Origin: a virus
Lineage: Duplodnaviria; Caudoviricetes
Length of the DNA stretch: 40,998 bases
Strand: one strand, 5' to 3'
Virus record (IMG/VR): IMGVR_UViG_3300037631_005960
Location: 1-40,998 of that record
Positions 1 to 7,838 of this stretch are shown here, piece after piece (position 1 is the stretch's first letter; every line of letters begins with the position of its first letter). The translations under genes were made by a program, and so were the position numbers. Under the pieces are notes generated by a model. It did not search any database and was not told the DNA's origin. It worked only from the letters and a program-made list of their open reading frames with translations.

Positions 1-2
1 TT

Positions 3-539
3 AAGTCAAAGATTAATGTAACACCTGAAAAGGAAGCATTAGTAGATCTAATTGATCAATATGATAGCTGGTCATTTGACTTTCCACGTGAGATGGAACC
101 AGCCAAACTAAATGCTATCTATTATGGTTATAACAAACCTAAAGCAGAGAAGTTTATTGAGTCATTCAAGGATGGTTTAAGAGACTTTACTGCACATGAA
201 CGAGGAGCTATTAAGCTTCACTTTAAAGCCTTTGTTGAGCAGTTAGAGAATCCAAAATTTGCTGGTATGATCAAAGACTATAAGGTTGTATCTACATTTG
301 TGACTAAACAAGTTAATGAAGTAGCAAACTACATGCTTGATAAGTACGATGCTGATGTAGCCATTATGGTTAACCTTGAAGCTAAAGTTGTATCCTTTAG
401 AAAGCAGAGAGGTGTACAACTTAACTTAGGTAAGTTGGCAGAGAAGCTATGCGAAGGTGGTGGTGCACATAACTTAGCAGGAGGTAAACTAACAGAAACG
501 TTTGCTAACTGGACTAAAACCCTTACCCCAATTCAATAA
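3..539 (+). CDS. DHH/DHHA1-family phosphoesterase, 5'-truncated by window edge
   Basis: Frame open from base 3 (KSKINVTPEKEALVDLIDQYDSW, a DHH-type 'li.dyD.w' segment); C-terminal 'VSFRK...NLGKLAEKLCEGGGAHNLAGG' resembles DHHA1 GGGH..AAG. Confidence 0.7.
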   Translation, partial: KSKINVTPEKEALVDLIDQYDSWSFDFPREMEPAKLNAIYYGYNKPKAEKFIESFKDGLRDFTAHERGAIKLHFKAFVEQLENPKFAGMIKDYKVVSTFVTKQVNEVANYMLDKYDADVAIMVNLEAKVVSFRKQRGVQLNLGKLAEKLCEGGGAHNLAGGKLTETFANWTKTLTPIQ

Positions 540-835
540 TGAAACAACCCAACGTACCCCTACCTTCAGGCGATATTACCAAAAGAGAGCTTGAGCATTT
601 GATGTTATGCTTTTGCACATTTTGTTGTCAGATTAAAGGTAAGAGACTCTCCTTACAAAACATTTTCGTATTGGTACTAAAAGAAGAGAAGCTTCGTAAT
701 ATGCTCAAGACTCTCTTAACTGTAGACAATGACTTTGAGTTGGTGAAGTTGTTTATTGAGTTTGAACCACAGATTGCAGAGTCAAAGTACATTACTAAGT
801 ACCTCAATCAGAATAAGGGTGCACTAAAGAGTTGA
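539..835 (+). CDS. Hypothetical protein (98 aa)
   Basis: TAATG stop-start coupling to upstream gene; fills the gap before the gp59-like gene. Confidence 0.75.
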   Translation: MKQPNVPLPSGDITKRELEHLMLCFCTFCCQIKGKRLSLQNIFVLVLKEEKLRNMLKTLLTVDNDFELVKLFIEFEPQIAESKYITKYLNQNKGALKS

Positions 836-859
836 TTTCACTTTAGAATCAGTTATAAT
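832..859 (+). promoter_or_regulatory. Sigma70-like promoter TTGATT-N16-TATAAT
   Basis: TTGATT 832-837, TATAAT 854-859, ATG at 868; same geometry at 5325 and 7200. Confidence 0.7.
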
Positions 860-867
860 CATTGTGA

Positions 868-1518
868 ATGGTAACTGAAAGAGAAAAAGATATCTACAAT
901 AGCTATCTGTATGCTACCCGAACTGCTCAGGGTAAGCCTACTCGCTTCAGAAAAGACTTTAGTAAGTTGAAAGATGCTGACTTTGTAGCTCTTAAGAAGC
1001 TATCTGCCTTCTTTGTTAAGCATAACCATATTAACTATAGAGATTGGTTTGCTGCTCCATTCAGTGTGTATAATAAGGATGAATGGTTTGACCTTAAGTT
1101 CTTTAATAGTAGGAAGGCACTTAAATGCTATTCCATCTACATGAAAGAGAAGGAAGTCTCAAATCCTGATAGTGATGACAATATTGAGGTAATGAAAGAT
1201 GGCTTCAGGTATGTAGCCAAGTTCTGTATAAGGAACTCTCTTACACTTGAAGAGTACCAAAAACATTTTACTAACAATATGCCTACTTGCCTGTTGCATT
1301 TACAAGAACATAGGCTAAACTTTTATACATTACATGCCCTTGAAGTTGAACCCATCATTAAGACCGTCGAACGAGACGTATTGGACTTCATCGTCAAGGA
1401 CTTTAAATCCCTTTTCGCGCTTACGCGCACAAAATATCTTGGCTCTAAGATACTTAAATCAAAGGCCAGAGAAACAAAAGACAAAGTAACTAAAATAATA
1501 ACAGAAAAACAAAAGTAA
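868..1518 (+). CDS. Putative gp59-like helicase loader
   Basis: 216-aa basic helical protein immediately upstream of gp32, matching the size and synteny of T4 gene 59; sequence resemblance weak. Confidence 0.5.
   Translation: MVTEREKDIYNSYLYATRTAQGKPTRFRKDFSKLKDADFVALKKLSAFFVKHNHINYRDWFAAPFSVYNKDEWFDLKFFNSRKALKCYSIYMKEKEVSNPDSDDNIEVMKDGFRYVAKFCIRNSLTLEEYQKHFTNNMPTCLLHLQEHRLNFYTLHALEVEPIIKTVERDVLDFIVKDFKSLFALTRTKYLGSKILKSKARETKDKVTKIITEKQK
1231..1247 (+). promoter_or_regulatory. Degenerate AGGAAC-N5-TAnnnT promoter inside the gp59-like gene (possible gp32 promoter)
   Basis: AGGAAC-TCTCT-TACACT, same spacing as four better copies. Confidence 0.35.
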
Positions 1519-1519
1519 T

Positions 1520-2374
1520 ATGAGTGCATTTAATATGAGTATGTTCGAAAGCATCAAAGGTGCTTTAGCCTCCAGCAATGAGTCCGGTAAGAGTAAGTTC
1601 TCCGAAATCATGCAAACCAAGCCAGGTAATACCTATACCGTTCGCTTGCTTCCAGATGGTAAGTCTCCAGCAGATACCTTCTTCCACTACTACAATATGG
1701 GTTGGAATAGCTTTGCTACCGGTCAGTATGTCCAAGCTCTTAGTCCTCAGACCTTTGGTGAGCGTTGCCCTATTAACGAGGAGCGCTTCAAGCTTAGCCG
1801 TATGGGTTCTGATGCTGAGAAAGAGAAAGCTTCTCAACTCCGTCGTTCCGAGAAGTGGCTTGTTAACGTCTATGTTGTAGACGATCCTACTAACCCTGAT
1901 AACAATGGTAAAGTCAAGATGCTTCGCTATGGTAAGCAGCTTCACAAGATCATTACTGAAGCTATCGAAGGTGAAGACGCCGCTGAGTTCGGTGCTAAGA
2001 TCTTTGACCTCGGTGAAGAAGGTGTTAACTTCAAGATTAAGTGTGAGCAGCAAGGCGACTATCCTACCTATGTTTCCTCTCGCTTTACTGCTGCTGGTAA
2101 GTTGAATCTTTCTGAAGATCAGCAGAAGGATATCTATAGTCAAACTCACACTCTCAAGGAGACCTTCCCTGTTAAGAGTAATGACGAGCTTGTTACTATG
2201 CTTAATGAGCACTTCCATTGTAAGGCTGATGAGCCTACTGTTGAGACTCCTGCCGCTGGTGATACACCTCCTTGGTCCGCTCCAGCAGAAGCAGCTCCAG
2301 CTCCAGCACCGGCTCCAGCAGAGACTACTTCCTCTGTTGAAGATGACATCGATGACCTTCTTGCCGACCTCTAA
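1520..2374 (+). CDS. T4 gp32-like single-stranded DNA-binding protein
   Basis: VRLLP, CPI, 'WLVNVYVVDDPTNPDNNGKVKMLRYGKQLHKII', 'FDLGEEGVNFKIK...YPTY..S.F', acidic tail DDIDDLLADL. Confidence 0.93.
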   Translation: MSAFNMSMFESIKGALASSNESGKSKFSEIMQTKPGNTYTVRLLPDGKSPADTFFHYYNMGWNSFATGQYVQALSPQTFGERCPINEERFKLSRMGSDAEKEKASQLRRSEKWLVNVYVVDDPTNPDNNGKVKMLRYGKQLHKIITEAIEGEDAAEFGAKIFDLGEEGVNFKIKCEQQGDYPTYVSSRFTAAGKLNLSEDQQKDIYSQTHTLKETFPVKSNDELVTMLNEHFHCKADEPTVETPAAGDTPPWSAPAEAAPAPAPAPAETTSSVEDDIDDLLADL

Positions 2375-2379
2375 GAGTT

Positions 2380-2886
2380 ATGAGTGATCCAATGACACCC
2401 GAAGCCAAGGCTGCGGTAATGCAGCTTATGGGTCAGACTTATGGGCAGATGAAGAAGCAAGACGATATGATCGTTGGTGCATCAGCACAGCTTCAAGCTA
2501 AGTCTAATGAGATGAAGAATATGGTTGAGCAGTTGGTGGCAACACCTACTGTTGCATCCAGTCAACAACCACCTCAGCCAGCTCCAGCACCTCAAGCTCC
2601 TGCTCCACAACCTCAAGCTGCTCCAGCTCCTGTAGCTCCTGCTCCTGTTACACCTGAGCAAGCTCAGTTAGAACTTCAAGCTGCTGCTCCTGTAGCACCT
2701 GCACCAGTAGCTCCTGCTCCAGTTGTAGAAGAGCAACTTGGTTTGGACTTTAGTGAGCCAAGCCAGATGGATCAGTTGCTTGCTGCTGTTAAAGAAAGCA
2801 ACTTGCTATTGAAAGATATTAAGCTACAATTAGAGAGTACAAATGTCAAACCAACAAGAAAGAAAGCTAAGTCTAAAGTCGCCTGA
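2380..2886 (+). CDS. Hypothetical Pro/Ala/Gln-rich protein
   Basis: 168-aa ORF with PAP low-complexity middle, QLGLDF motif and basic C-terminus; between gp32 and the clamp. Confidence 0.75.
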   Translation: MSDPMTPEAKAAVMQLMGQTYGQMKKQDDMIVGASAQLQAKSNEMKNMVEQLVATPTVASSQQPPQPAPAPQAPAPQPQAAPAPVAPAPVTPEQAQLELQAAAPVAPAPVAPAPVVEEQLGLDFSEPSQMDQLLAAVKESNLLLKDIKLQLESTNVKPTRKKAKSKVA

Positions 2887-3595
2887 AAAGTTCGTAGCTT
2901 TTTTAGACTCTTTATCAAAGATAAGTGAGAGTGCTATTGTTCAGTTAGATAGTGATAAGACTTCTAGTCTTGTTGCTTCTACTGACAATACTCTTATCCT
3001 CCATGCAGAATATGCTGCTGGTACTGACTTCTCTTCTACTCTGAATATTCCAGATGTAAAGAAGTTAACTAATGTCCTCAAGACAGTAGGCTTTGATGAT
3101 GAGATTGACCTTAAGGTTAACTCAAATAACTTAGAGTATAAGGGCAATGGTGTTAAGTTTAAGTACCATCTATTTGACGAGGGTTTCTTGAGTAAGCCAG
3201 GCCTTAATGTTGAGAAGATTAATGCATTTGAGTTCGATATGGGCTTTGTCATTGATAGTAATATTCTCAATCAGATCTTCAAGGGTTCTGTATTTGCTTC
3301 TGAGACTAATAAGCTTTACTTTTATACTGAAGAGAATAAAGGTGGTGAAGGATTTAGACTTATGGCTGAGCTTACTGATAGGGCTCGTCATAATACTGAT
3401 AACTTTACTATGTGCATTGGCTTGGTTAAGGTAGAACTTGATCCTATTCCAGTTAACTTCGATAATATTCGTCTACTTAATAATATTAGTGGTTCGTTTA
3501 CTGTTAGGGTTAATAAAGAGTACGGTGTAGTTGTATTTGAGCAAGAAGCAGAAGAGATTAAGCTTAAGTATATTGTTTCATCACTTACCCAGTAA
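2843..3595 (+). CDS. T4 gp45-like DNA polymerase sliding clamp
   Basis: 250 aa; 'FLDSLSKISESAIV', 'LNIPDVKKLTNVL', 'KFKYHL' and C-terminal 'LKYIVSSL' fit the gp45/PCNA-like pattern; replication cluster. Confidence 0.75.
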   Translation: MSNQQERKLSLKSPEKFVAFLDSLSKISESAIVQLDSDKTSSLVASTDNTLILHAEYAAGTDFSSTLNIPDVKKLTNVLKTVGFDDEIDLKVNSNNLEYKGNGVKFKYHLFDEGFLSKPGLNVEKINAFEFDMGFVIDSNILNQIFKGSVFASETNKLYFYTEENKGGEGFRLMAELTDRARHNTDNFTMCIGLVKVELDPIPVNFDNIRLLNNISGSFTVRVNKEYGVVVFEQEAEEIKLKYIVSSLTQ

Positions 3596-3596
3596 G

Positions 3597-3971
3597 ATGC
3601 TATCTAACAACCAAAAGAACAAACTAAAGACAGCTGGTTACTTCATCAAGCGTCTTAAAGATCATAAGTACGTGACCTTTAGGATGTTTGATAAGTACGG
3701 CGATCACGATTCTCGTAAGTGGACGGTACTTGTTGACCCAGGAGGTGCTTCAGTATACATTACTTGCTTTGAGAATAGACCGTTCAAAGATGAATACTTG
3801 TTTAGTTTTGAGGATGGTAACCAGAGATTTCCTCGAGGTTACGTCCTTAAGACGAGCTCTATTGACGTTGTGGTACAAAGATTAATTGATCACCAGGTAC
3901 TACAAGTTGAAGATTCAGAGTTCTTGAATAAGTATAATAAGAATGGACGAGAAGCCGGAGGAGCAAAATAA
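3597..3971 (+). CDS. Hypothetical protein (start moved to ATG 3597)
   Basis: ATG 2 nt after the clamp stop; MLSNNQKNKLKTAGYFIKRLKD... Confidence 0.75.
   Translation: MLSNNQKNKLKTAGYFIKRLKDHKYVTFRMFDKYGDHDSRKWTVLVDPGGASVYITCFENRPFKDEYLFSFEDGNQRFPRGYVLKTSSIDVVVQRLIDHQVLQVEDSEFLNKYNKNGREAGGAK
3907..3934 (+). promoter_or_regulatory. Variant late-type promoter TTGAAG-N16-TAAGTA
   Basis: Same 16-nt spacer as the TAAATA class; ATG at 3943; an overlapping TATAAT at 3933-3938. Confidence 0.35.
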
Positions 3972-4251
3972 CGATATTGATGATCTAATCAATAGCGCTC
4001 TAAACTTACATGCTGAAGATCTTAAAGGCTTTAAGAACGAGAAACAACTACGAGAGAAATTAAAGAGTATCGTAGCTGAGTATCTAGATACATTCTACAT
4101 CTTCGGTTATGATATTGACGGTAAAACAATATTAATAAAAGGTGCCAATTCCGATATGCAATTAGATGCATTAGATACCTTAGCAATGAGATTATTTGTT
4201 GCAGGTAATTTAGGAGGTACATATGGAGACAATGGATCAAAATTCCACTAA
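3943..4251 (+). CDS. Hypothetical protein (102 aa)
   Basis: ORF tiling in operon. Confidence 0.7.
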   Translation: MDEKPEEQNNDIDDLINSALNLHAEDLKGFKNEKQLREKLKSIVAEYLDTFYIFGYDIDGKTILIKGANSDMQLDALDTLAMRLFVAGNLGGTYGDNGSKFH

Positions 4252-4495
4252 AAGAAGAGATTGTTACGCAGTACATCATGGTGACTATGTAGGTCAGATG
4301 TTTATTGTATGTGAAGTAACTGATAAAGAGATTGGTTGCTTATCAGTACCAGACATGAAAAATGTCAAAGTTCCTACAGATAAGTGGACTATCGGAAGGA
4401 ACTCTGATATAATTGAACATGTAGAGGAGACTCCTAAGGATGTCTTTAAGGTCTGCTCTGCACAATATAACGCTAATGAAAACTCTAATAATTGA
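4223..4495 (+). CDS. Hypothetical protein (90 aa)
   Basis: ORF tiling; AGGAGG at 4212-4217 upstream of ATG (a rare SD-like site in this window). Confidence 0.7.
   Translation: METMDQNSTKRRDCYAVHHGDYVGQMFIVCEVTDKEIGCLSVPDMKNVKVPTDKWTIGRNSDIIEHVEETPKDVFKVCSAQYNANENSNN
4397..4413 (+). promoter_or_regulatory. AGGAAC-N5-TATAAT promoter upstream of RNase H gene
   Basis: AGGAACTCTGATATAATT identical to the copy at 7817. Confidence 0.6.
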
Positions 4496-5345
4496 TGGCA
4501 ATAACCTTATCCACCGAACATGGTGGACTGCCAAGAATCAAGGTAAAAGACAAGGTATAGAAGATACTGAGTTGATTGCTAATATGCATGTATACTTTAC
4601 CTTGAATGCTATTTACTCTTACGCTAATAAGTTTAAGCCTACTAAGACCATTTGTGTATGGGATGAGAAGGAAGACTATCAGCCTAATATTCGTAAGGAG
4701 CAGTTAGATGGTTATAAGGGTACTCGTAGTAAGGATAGTACTCCTCATCATCAGAACGAGCAGATCAAGGAAATGCTTTCTTGTTTAGGTATTCCTTCTA
4801 TCTTTCCTCGTGAGAGAGAAGCAGATGATATTGTAGCTTATATTTGTAAGACATTCGAAGGTGAGAAGGTTATTGTATCAGTAGATCGTGACTTCCTTCA
4901 GCTTGTAGATGACAAGACTGTACTTTACGATGCTATTCGTAAGCGTGAGTTTACTTTAGATACCTTCAAAGAAGATACTGACTATACTAAGAACGAATGG
5001 CTTCGTGCTAAGTGCCTCTTAGGTGATAAGTCAGATAACGTTCCTGGTATTCCTCGCTTTGGTAAGGCTAAAGTACGTAAGTGGCTTGATGGTGAGCTTG
5101 AGCTTAACGAAGAGCAAGAAGCTATCTTCGAGAAGAACATGAAAGTGTTTGACCTTAATGAGGTTATGTCTCACGAATCAGAAGCTAACTACTATCAAGA
5201 GCAGCTCGATGTAGATATCGAAGCTCGTTGGTCAGAGTTTGTCTGTCTTTGCGAAGAGTATAAGATGGAGAATATTCTTAAGAAGAAGGAAGCATGGCAT
5301 ACACTCTTCATTATGAGCAACAAGTTGCTTTCTATGTTCGGTTAG
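4476..5345 (+). CDS. rnh: T4 RNase H-like 5'-3' exonuclease (FEN/PIN family)
   Basis: MKTLIIDGNNL, YKGTR, EADDIVA, IVSVDRDFLQL, LLGDKSDNVPGIPRFG motifs; start at ATG 4476. Confidence 0.92.
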   Translation: MKTLIIDGNNLIHRTWWTAKNQGKRQGIEDTELIANMHVYFTLNAIYSYANKFKPTKTICVWDEKEDYQPNIRKEQLDGYKGTRSKDSTPHHQNEQIKEMLSCLGIPSIFPREREADDIVAYICKTFEGEKVIVSVDRDFLQLVDDKTVLYDAIRKREFTLDTFKEDTDYTKNEWLRAKCLLGDKSDNVPGIPRFGKAKVRKWLDGELELNEEQEAIFEKNMKVFDLNEVMSHESEANYYQEQLDVDIEARWSEFVCLCEEYKMENILKKKEAWHTLFIMSNKLLSMFG

Positions 5346-5352
5346 TTATAAT
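5325..5352 (+). promoter_or_regulatory. Sigma70-like promoter TTGCTT-N16-TATAAT
   Basis: TTGCTT 5325-5330, TATAAT 5347-5352, GTG start 5358. Confidence 0.65.
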
Positions 5353-5357
5353 AAGTC

Positions 5358-6392
5358 GTGATCTCACTTCCGCAAGAGTATGTCGTAGCTAAGTTCTACG
5401 AATTCGGCAGGAGCCCTATACACAATAGGTTCAATAATGTGTATCAGTGCTCTTGTCCTGTGTGTCGTGAATCACTAAAGAAGAAGAGGTGTTACTACAT
5501 ACCTGAAAACGATAACATCTACTGCCACAATTGTGGTTGGTCAAGTAAGCCGTGGAAGTGGATCATTGAAGTAAGTGGTTGTACTAATCAAGACATAATC
5601 AACGAAGTAAAAGATTATGATGTATCTGTAGATATTGGGAAGGTAGAAGAGGTTAGAGAGAAGGTACAAGTATCTACTTTGCCAGAAGATAGTATTAACT
5701 TCAGTGATGAACATCAGCTTGAGTTTTATAAAGATAATCACATTATTAGAGCTTGTAAGCATATCATAAAGTCTAGAAGGTTAGATACAGCTGTCAATAG
5801 ACCAGATAACCTTTATGTATCCCTTAAGGATATGGTTCATAAGAATAGAATCGTTATACCTTTTGTTAATGAAAGAGGGGAGATAGAGTTCTACCAGACG
5901 AGAACAGTAAAGACATCAGACTTAAGAACTAAGCCTAAGTATCTTGGTAAAGTAGGAGCTGAGAAGACCTTATTTAACATTGATAAAGTATCTAGTGATC
6001 ATGATAAGGTGTATATCTTCGAAGGTCCTATTGATGCATTCTTTGTACGTAACTCAGTAGCTGTTGCTGGTATTACTGAACGAGGAAGATCATTTACTAA
6101 GAGGCAAGAAGAGCAGTTAAATGGTACTCTTAAATGGTATGATAAGGTGTGGATACTCGATTCTCAGTGGGGTGATAGAGCATCCATGATAAAGTCAGAG
6201 GCTTTACTTAACCAAGGAGAGACCGTGTTTATATGGCCTGAAACGTTAGGTAGGAAGTATAAAGACTTCAATGACCTTGCTATTGCAGCTAATAAAGATG
6301 AGATTAGCTGGGAATGGATACAAAAAAATACCTTCGAAGGACTCGAAGGTATTGTTAAGATGTCTGAGGTAAAACGTTTCAATAATCTTTAA
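5358..6392 (+). CDS. T4 gp61-like DNA primase
   Basis: Zn ribbon CPVC...CHNC, RIVIPF, KPKYL, TOPRIM 'YIFEGPIDA', 'KDFND'. Confidence 0.93.
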   Translation: MISLPQEYVVAKFYEFGRSPIHNRFNNVYQCSCPVCRESLKKKRCYYIPENDNIYCHNCGWSSKPWKWIIEVSGCTNQDIINEVKDYDVSVDIGKVEEVREKVQVSTLPEDSINFSDEHQLEFYKDNHIIRACKHIIKSRRLDTAVNRPDNLYVSLKDMVHKNRIVIPFVNERGEIEFYQTRTVKTSDLRTKPKYLGKVGAEKTLFNIDKVSSDHDKVYIFEGPIDAFFVRNSVAVAGITERGRSFTKRQEEQLNGTLKWYDKVWILDSQWGDRASMIKSEALLNQGETVFIWPETLGRKYKDFNDLAIAANKDEISWEWIQKNTFEGLEGIVKMSEVKRFNNL

Positions 6393-6835
6393 ACGCCTCG
6401 GAGAGAAGCATCACCAGACTGAGCAAGGTAACCACGCATTGTCTCGTTAAGAGCAGCAAGGTCAGTAGCTACTTTAGAAACACGACGTTGTTCGGCAGCC
6501 ATTTTGTCGAAAAGTGAATCTGGCTCAGCATTACCAAGAGCGTATGCAATTGAATCTGGGTTAGAAGCATCATTAAGCTTAGCAAGGAAAGCATCTCCAT
6601 CAGCAATCCAGCCTTGAAGTGTAGCAACCATCTTTGCATTGATCTCACCTTGAGCTGCAGCAGCCTTAATAGCTGGATCTTCCTCAACTACATCAGCAGT
6701 AGCCTCTGGATCAGCTTCAACATCTACATCAAACTCATCTGGAGCTGTATCAGCTTCAAGTGCGTCTTCAAACGCTTCTTGCTCAGCTGTATTTTCCTTA
6801 ATAACCTGTGCGAATCTTTTACCGAAGTTCTTCAT
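6389..6835 (-). CDS. Hypothetical acidic protein (late-type promoter)
   Basis: 148-aa ORF converging on primase; TAAATA 5 nt upstream of ATG. Confidence 0.75.
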   Translation of the reverse strand: MKNFGKRFAQVIKENTAEQEAFEDALEADTAPDEFDVDVEADPEATADVVEEDPAIKAAAAQGEINAKMVATLQGWIADGDAFLAKLNDASNPDSIAYALGNAEPDSLFDKMAAEQRRVSKVATDLAALNETMRGYLAQSGDASLRGV

Positions 6836-6840
6836 GTCAA

Positions 6841-6862
6841 TATTTAGTCTCTGGTATAAATA
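6841..6862. promoter_or_regulatory. Back-to-back TAAATA late-type promoters
   Basis: TATTTA 6841-6846 (minus) and TATAAATA 6855-6862 (plus), serving ATGs at 6835 and 6870. Confidence 0.7.
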
Positions 6863-6869
6863 TTACTAT

Positions 6870-7196
6870 ATGAATGGGGCAAATAATCGAATTTCTACAA
6901 GGTTTAATGATAATCCTATCAATCAGCTGATGGATACGACCAACCAGCAGAAAAAATATAAGGATGAAGAAAAAGAACAGAAGGCTCCACCTACTCTCCC
7001 ATTTGAGTTAGAACACATTTTATCTAAAATTGGTGATACATTCATCAGTCTTACGGAGATTCGTCGTATGCTAGATAATGTTAGTCATAACGCTTCTGTA
7101 GATGATGAAGACGTTAAGGCGATGCAAGATAAGATTGACCAAATCAACAATCTTGTATTGGGTCTTGATGAAGACCTTGGCAAACTTTCACTTTAG
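6870..7196 (+). CDS. Hypothetical protein (start moved to ATG 6870)
   Basis: ATG 7 nt after TATAAATA; helical C-terminus. Confidence 0.7.
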   Translation: MNGANNRISTRFNDNPINQLMDTTNQQKKYKDEEKEQKAPPTLPFELEHILSKIGDTFISLTEIRRMLDNVSHNASVDDEDVKAMQDKIDQINNLVLGLDEDLGKLSL

Positions 7197-7199
7197 TAG

Positions 7200-7227
7200 T
7201 TGATTATAGTTATTTAGCATTTATACT
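7200..7227 (+). promoter_or_regulatory. Sigma70-like promoter TTGATT-N16-TATACT
   Basis: TTGATT 7200-7205, TATACT 7222-7227, ATG 7237. Confidence 0.65.
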
Positions 7228-7236
7228 ATAGGTATA

Positions 7237-7611
7237 ATGTTAAGATCACTCATTACAACAGCTGCAGTATCAGGACTCATTGCTTATGGCCTCTCTCAAT
7301 GGGTAGAGTTCTGGAAATGCTTCTCTCTTGTTACTGGTATTCAGTTCGTTGTGTTTTGGATCATTAATACACGTTTTCAGGTAGATAAAGATAAGCTCTA
7401 TGCTGAGTTTGATGAGAGTATTGAAGGTGTTCTCAATATGTCACGTATGGCTGTAGATTGTCCATGCAATAATCACGTATTCGAAGAGGAAATCTTTGTA
7501 AATGGTGATAATACCCATAGATGCCCTAAATGTAAGAATAAAATCAAGCTAGACTGCCCTGTCCGTGCAGTTCTCCTCACTGATCCAGGTGAGGTTACGG
7601 ATTCCTTATAA
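7237..7611 (+). CDS. Membrane-anchored protein with Cys cluster (CPC...CPKC)
   Basis: Two N-terminal hydrophobic segments; DCPCNNH and RCPKCK. Confidence 0.75.
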   Translation: MLRSLITTAAVSGLIAYGLSQWVEFWKCFSLVTGIQFVVFWIINTRFQVDKDKLYAEFDESIEGVLNMSRMAVDCPCNNHVFEEEIFVNGDNTHRCPKCKNKIKLDCPVRAVLLTDPGEVTDSL

Positions 7612-7627
7612 GGAACTCCGATATAAT
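7611..7627 (+). promoter_or_regulatory. AGGAAC-N5-TATAAT promoter
   Basis: AGGAACTCCGATATAAT-TAGGT-ATG. Confidence 0.75.
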
Positions 7628-7632
7628 TAGGT

Positions 7633-7815
7633 ATGAGCAACAATAAAGGCTATACCAAAAAGACAGAGATAAAGAGCTTCGTAGAAGCTGAAGAGATTGA
7701 GCTTGCAACTAAGATTGCAAATGCTCTCGTTAATGAAGAGTCTAATGCATACATTGTGCACTTGACTAAGAAGCTTGATGCACTTAAAACTGCACGGTTG
7801 AGGAAGCTACTCTAA
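7633..7815 (+). CDS. Small hypothetical protein (60 aa)
   Basis: Starts 5 nt after TATAAT of repeated promoter. Confidence 0.7.
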   Translation: MSNNKGYTKKTEIKSFVEAEEIELATKIANALVNEESNAYIVHLTKKLDALKTARLRKLL

Positions 7816-7816
7816 A

Positions 7817-7833
7817 AGGAACTCTGATATAAT
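7817..7833 (+). promoter_or_regulatory. AGGAAC-N5-TATAAT promoter
   Basis: AGGAACTCTGATATAAT-TAGGT-ATG. Confidence 0.75.
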
Positions 7834-7838
7834 TAGGT

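Noticed and set aside
1460-1519. A-rich unstructured stretch before gp32 as a T4-like autoregulatory operator
   Set aside because: Explained by Lys/Thr/Glu codons of the upstream gene; no pseudoknot or UUAAA repeat array recognised.
1565-2218. 217-aa antisense ORF over gp32
   Set aside because: Shadow ORF explained by strong codon bias of gp32; no promoter or plausible protein features.
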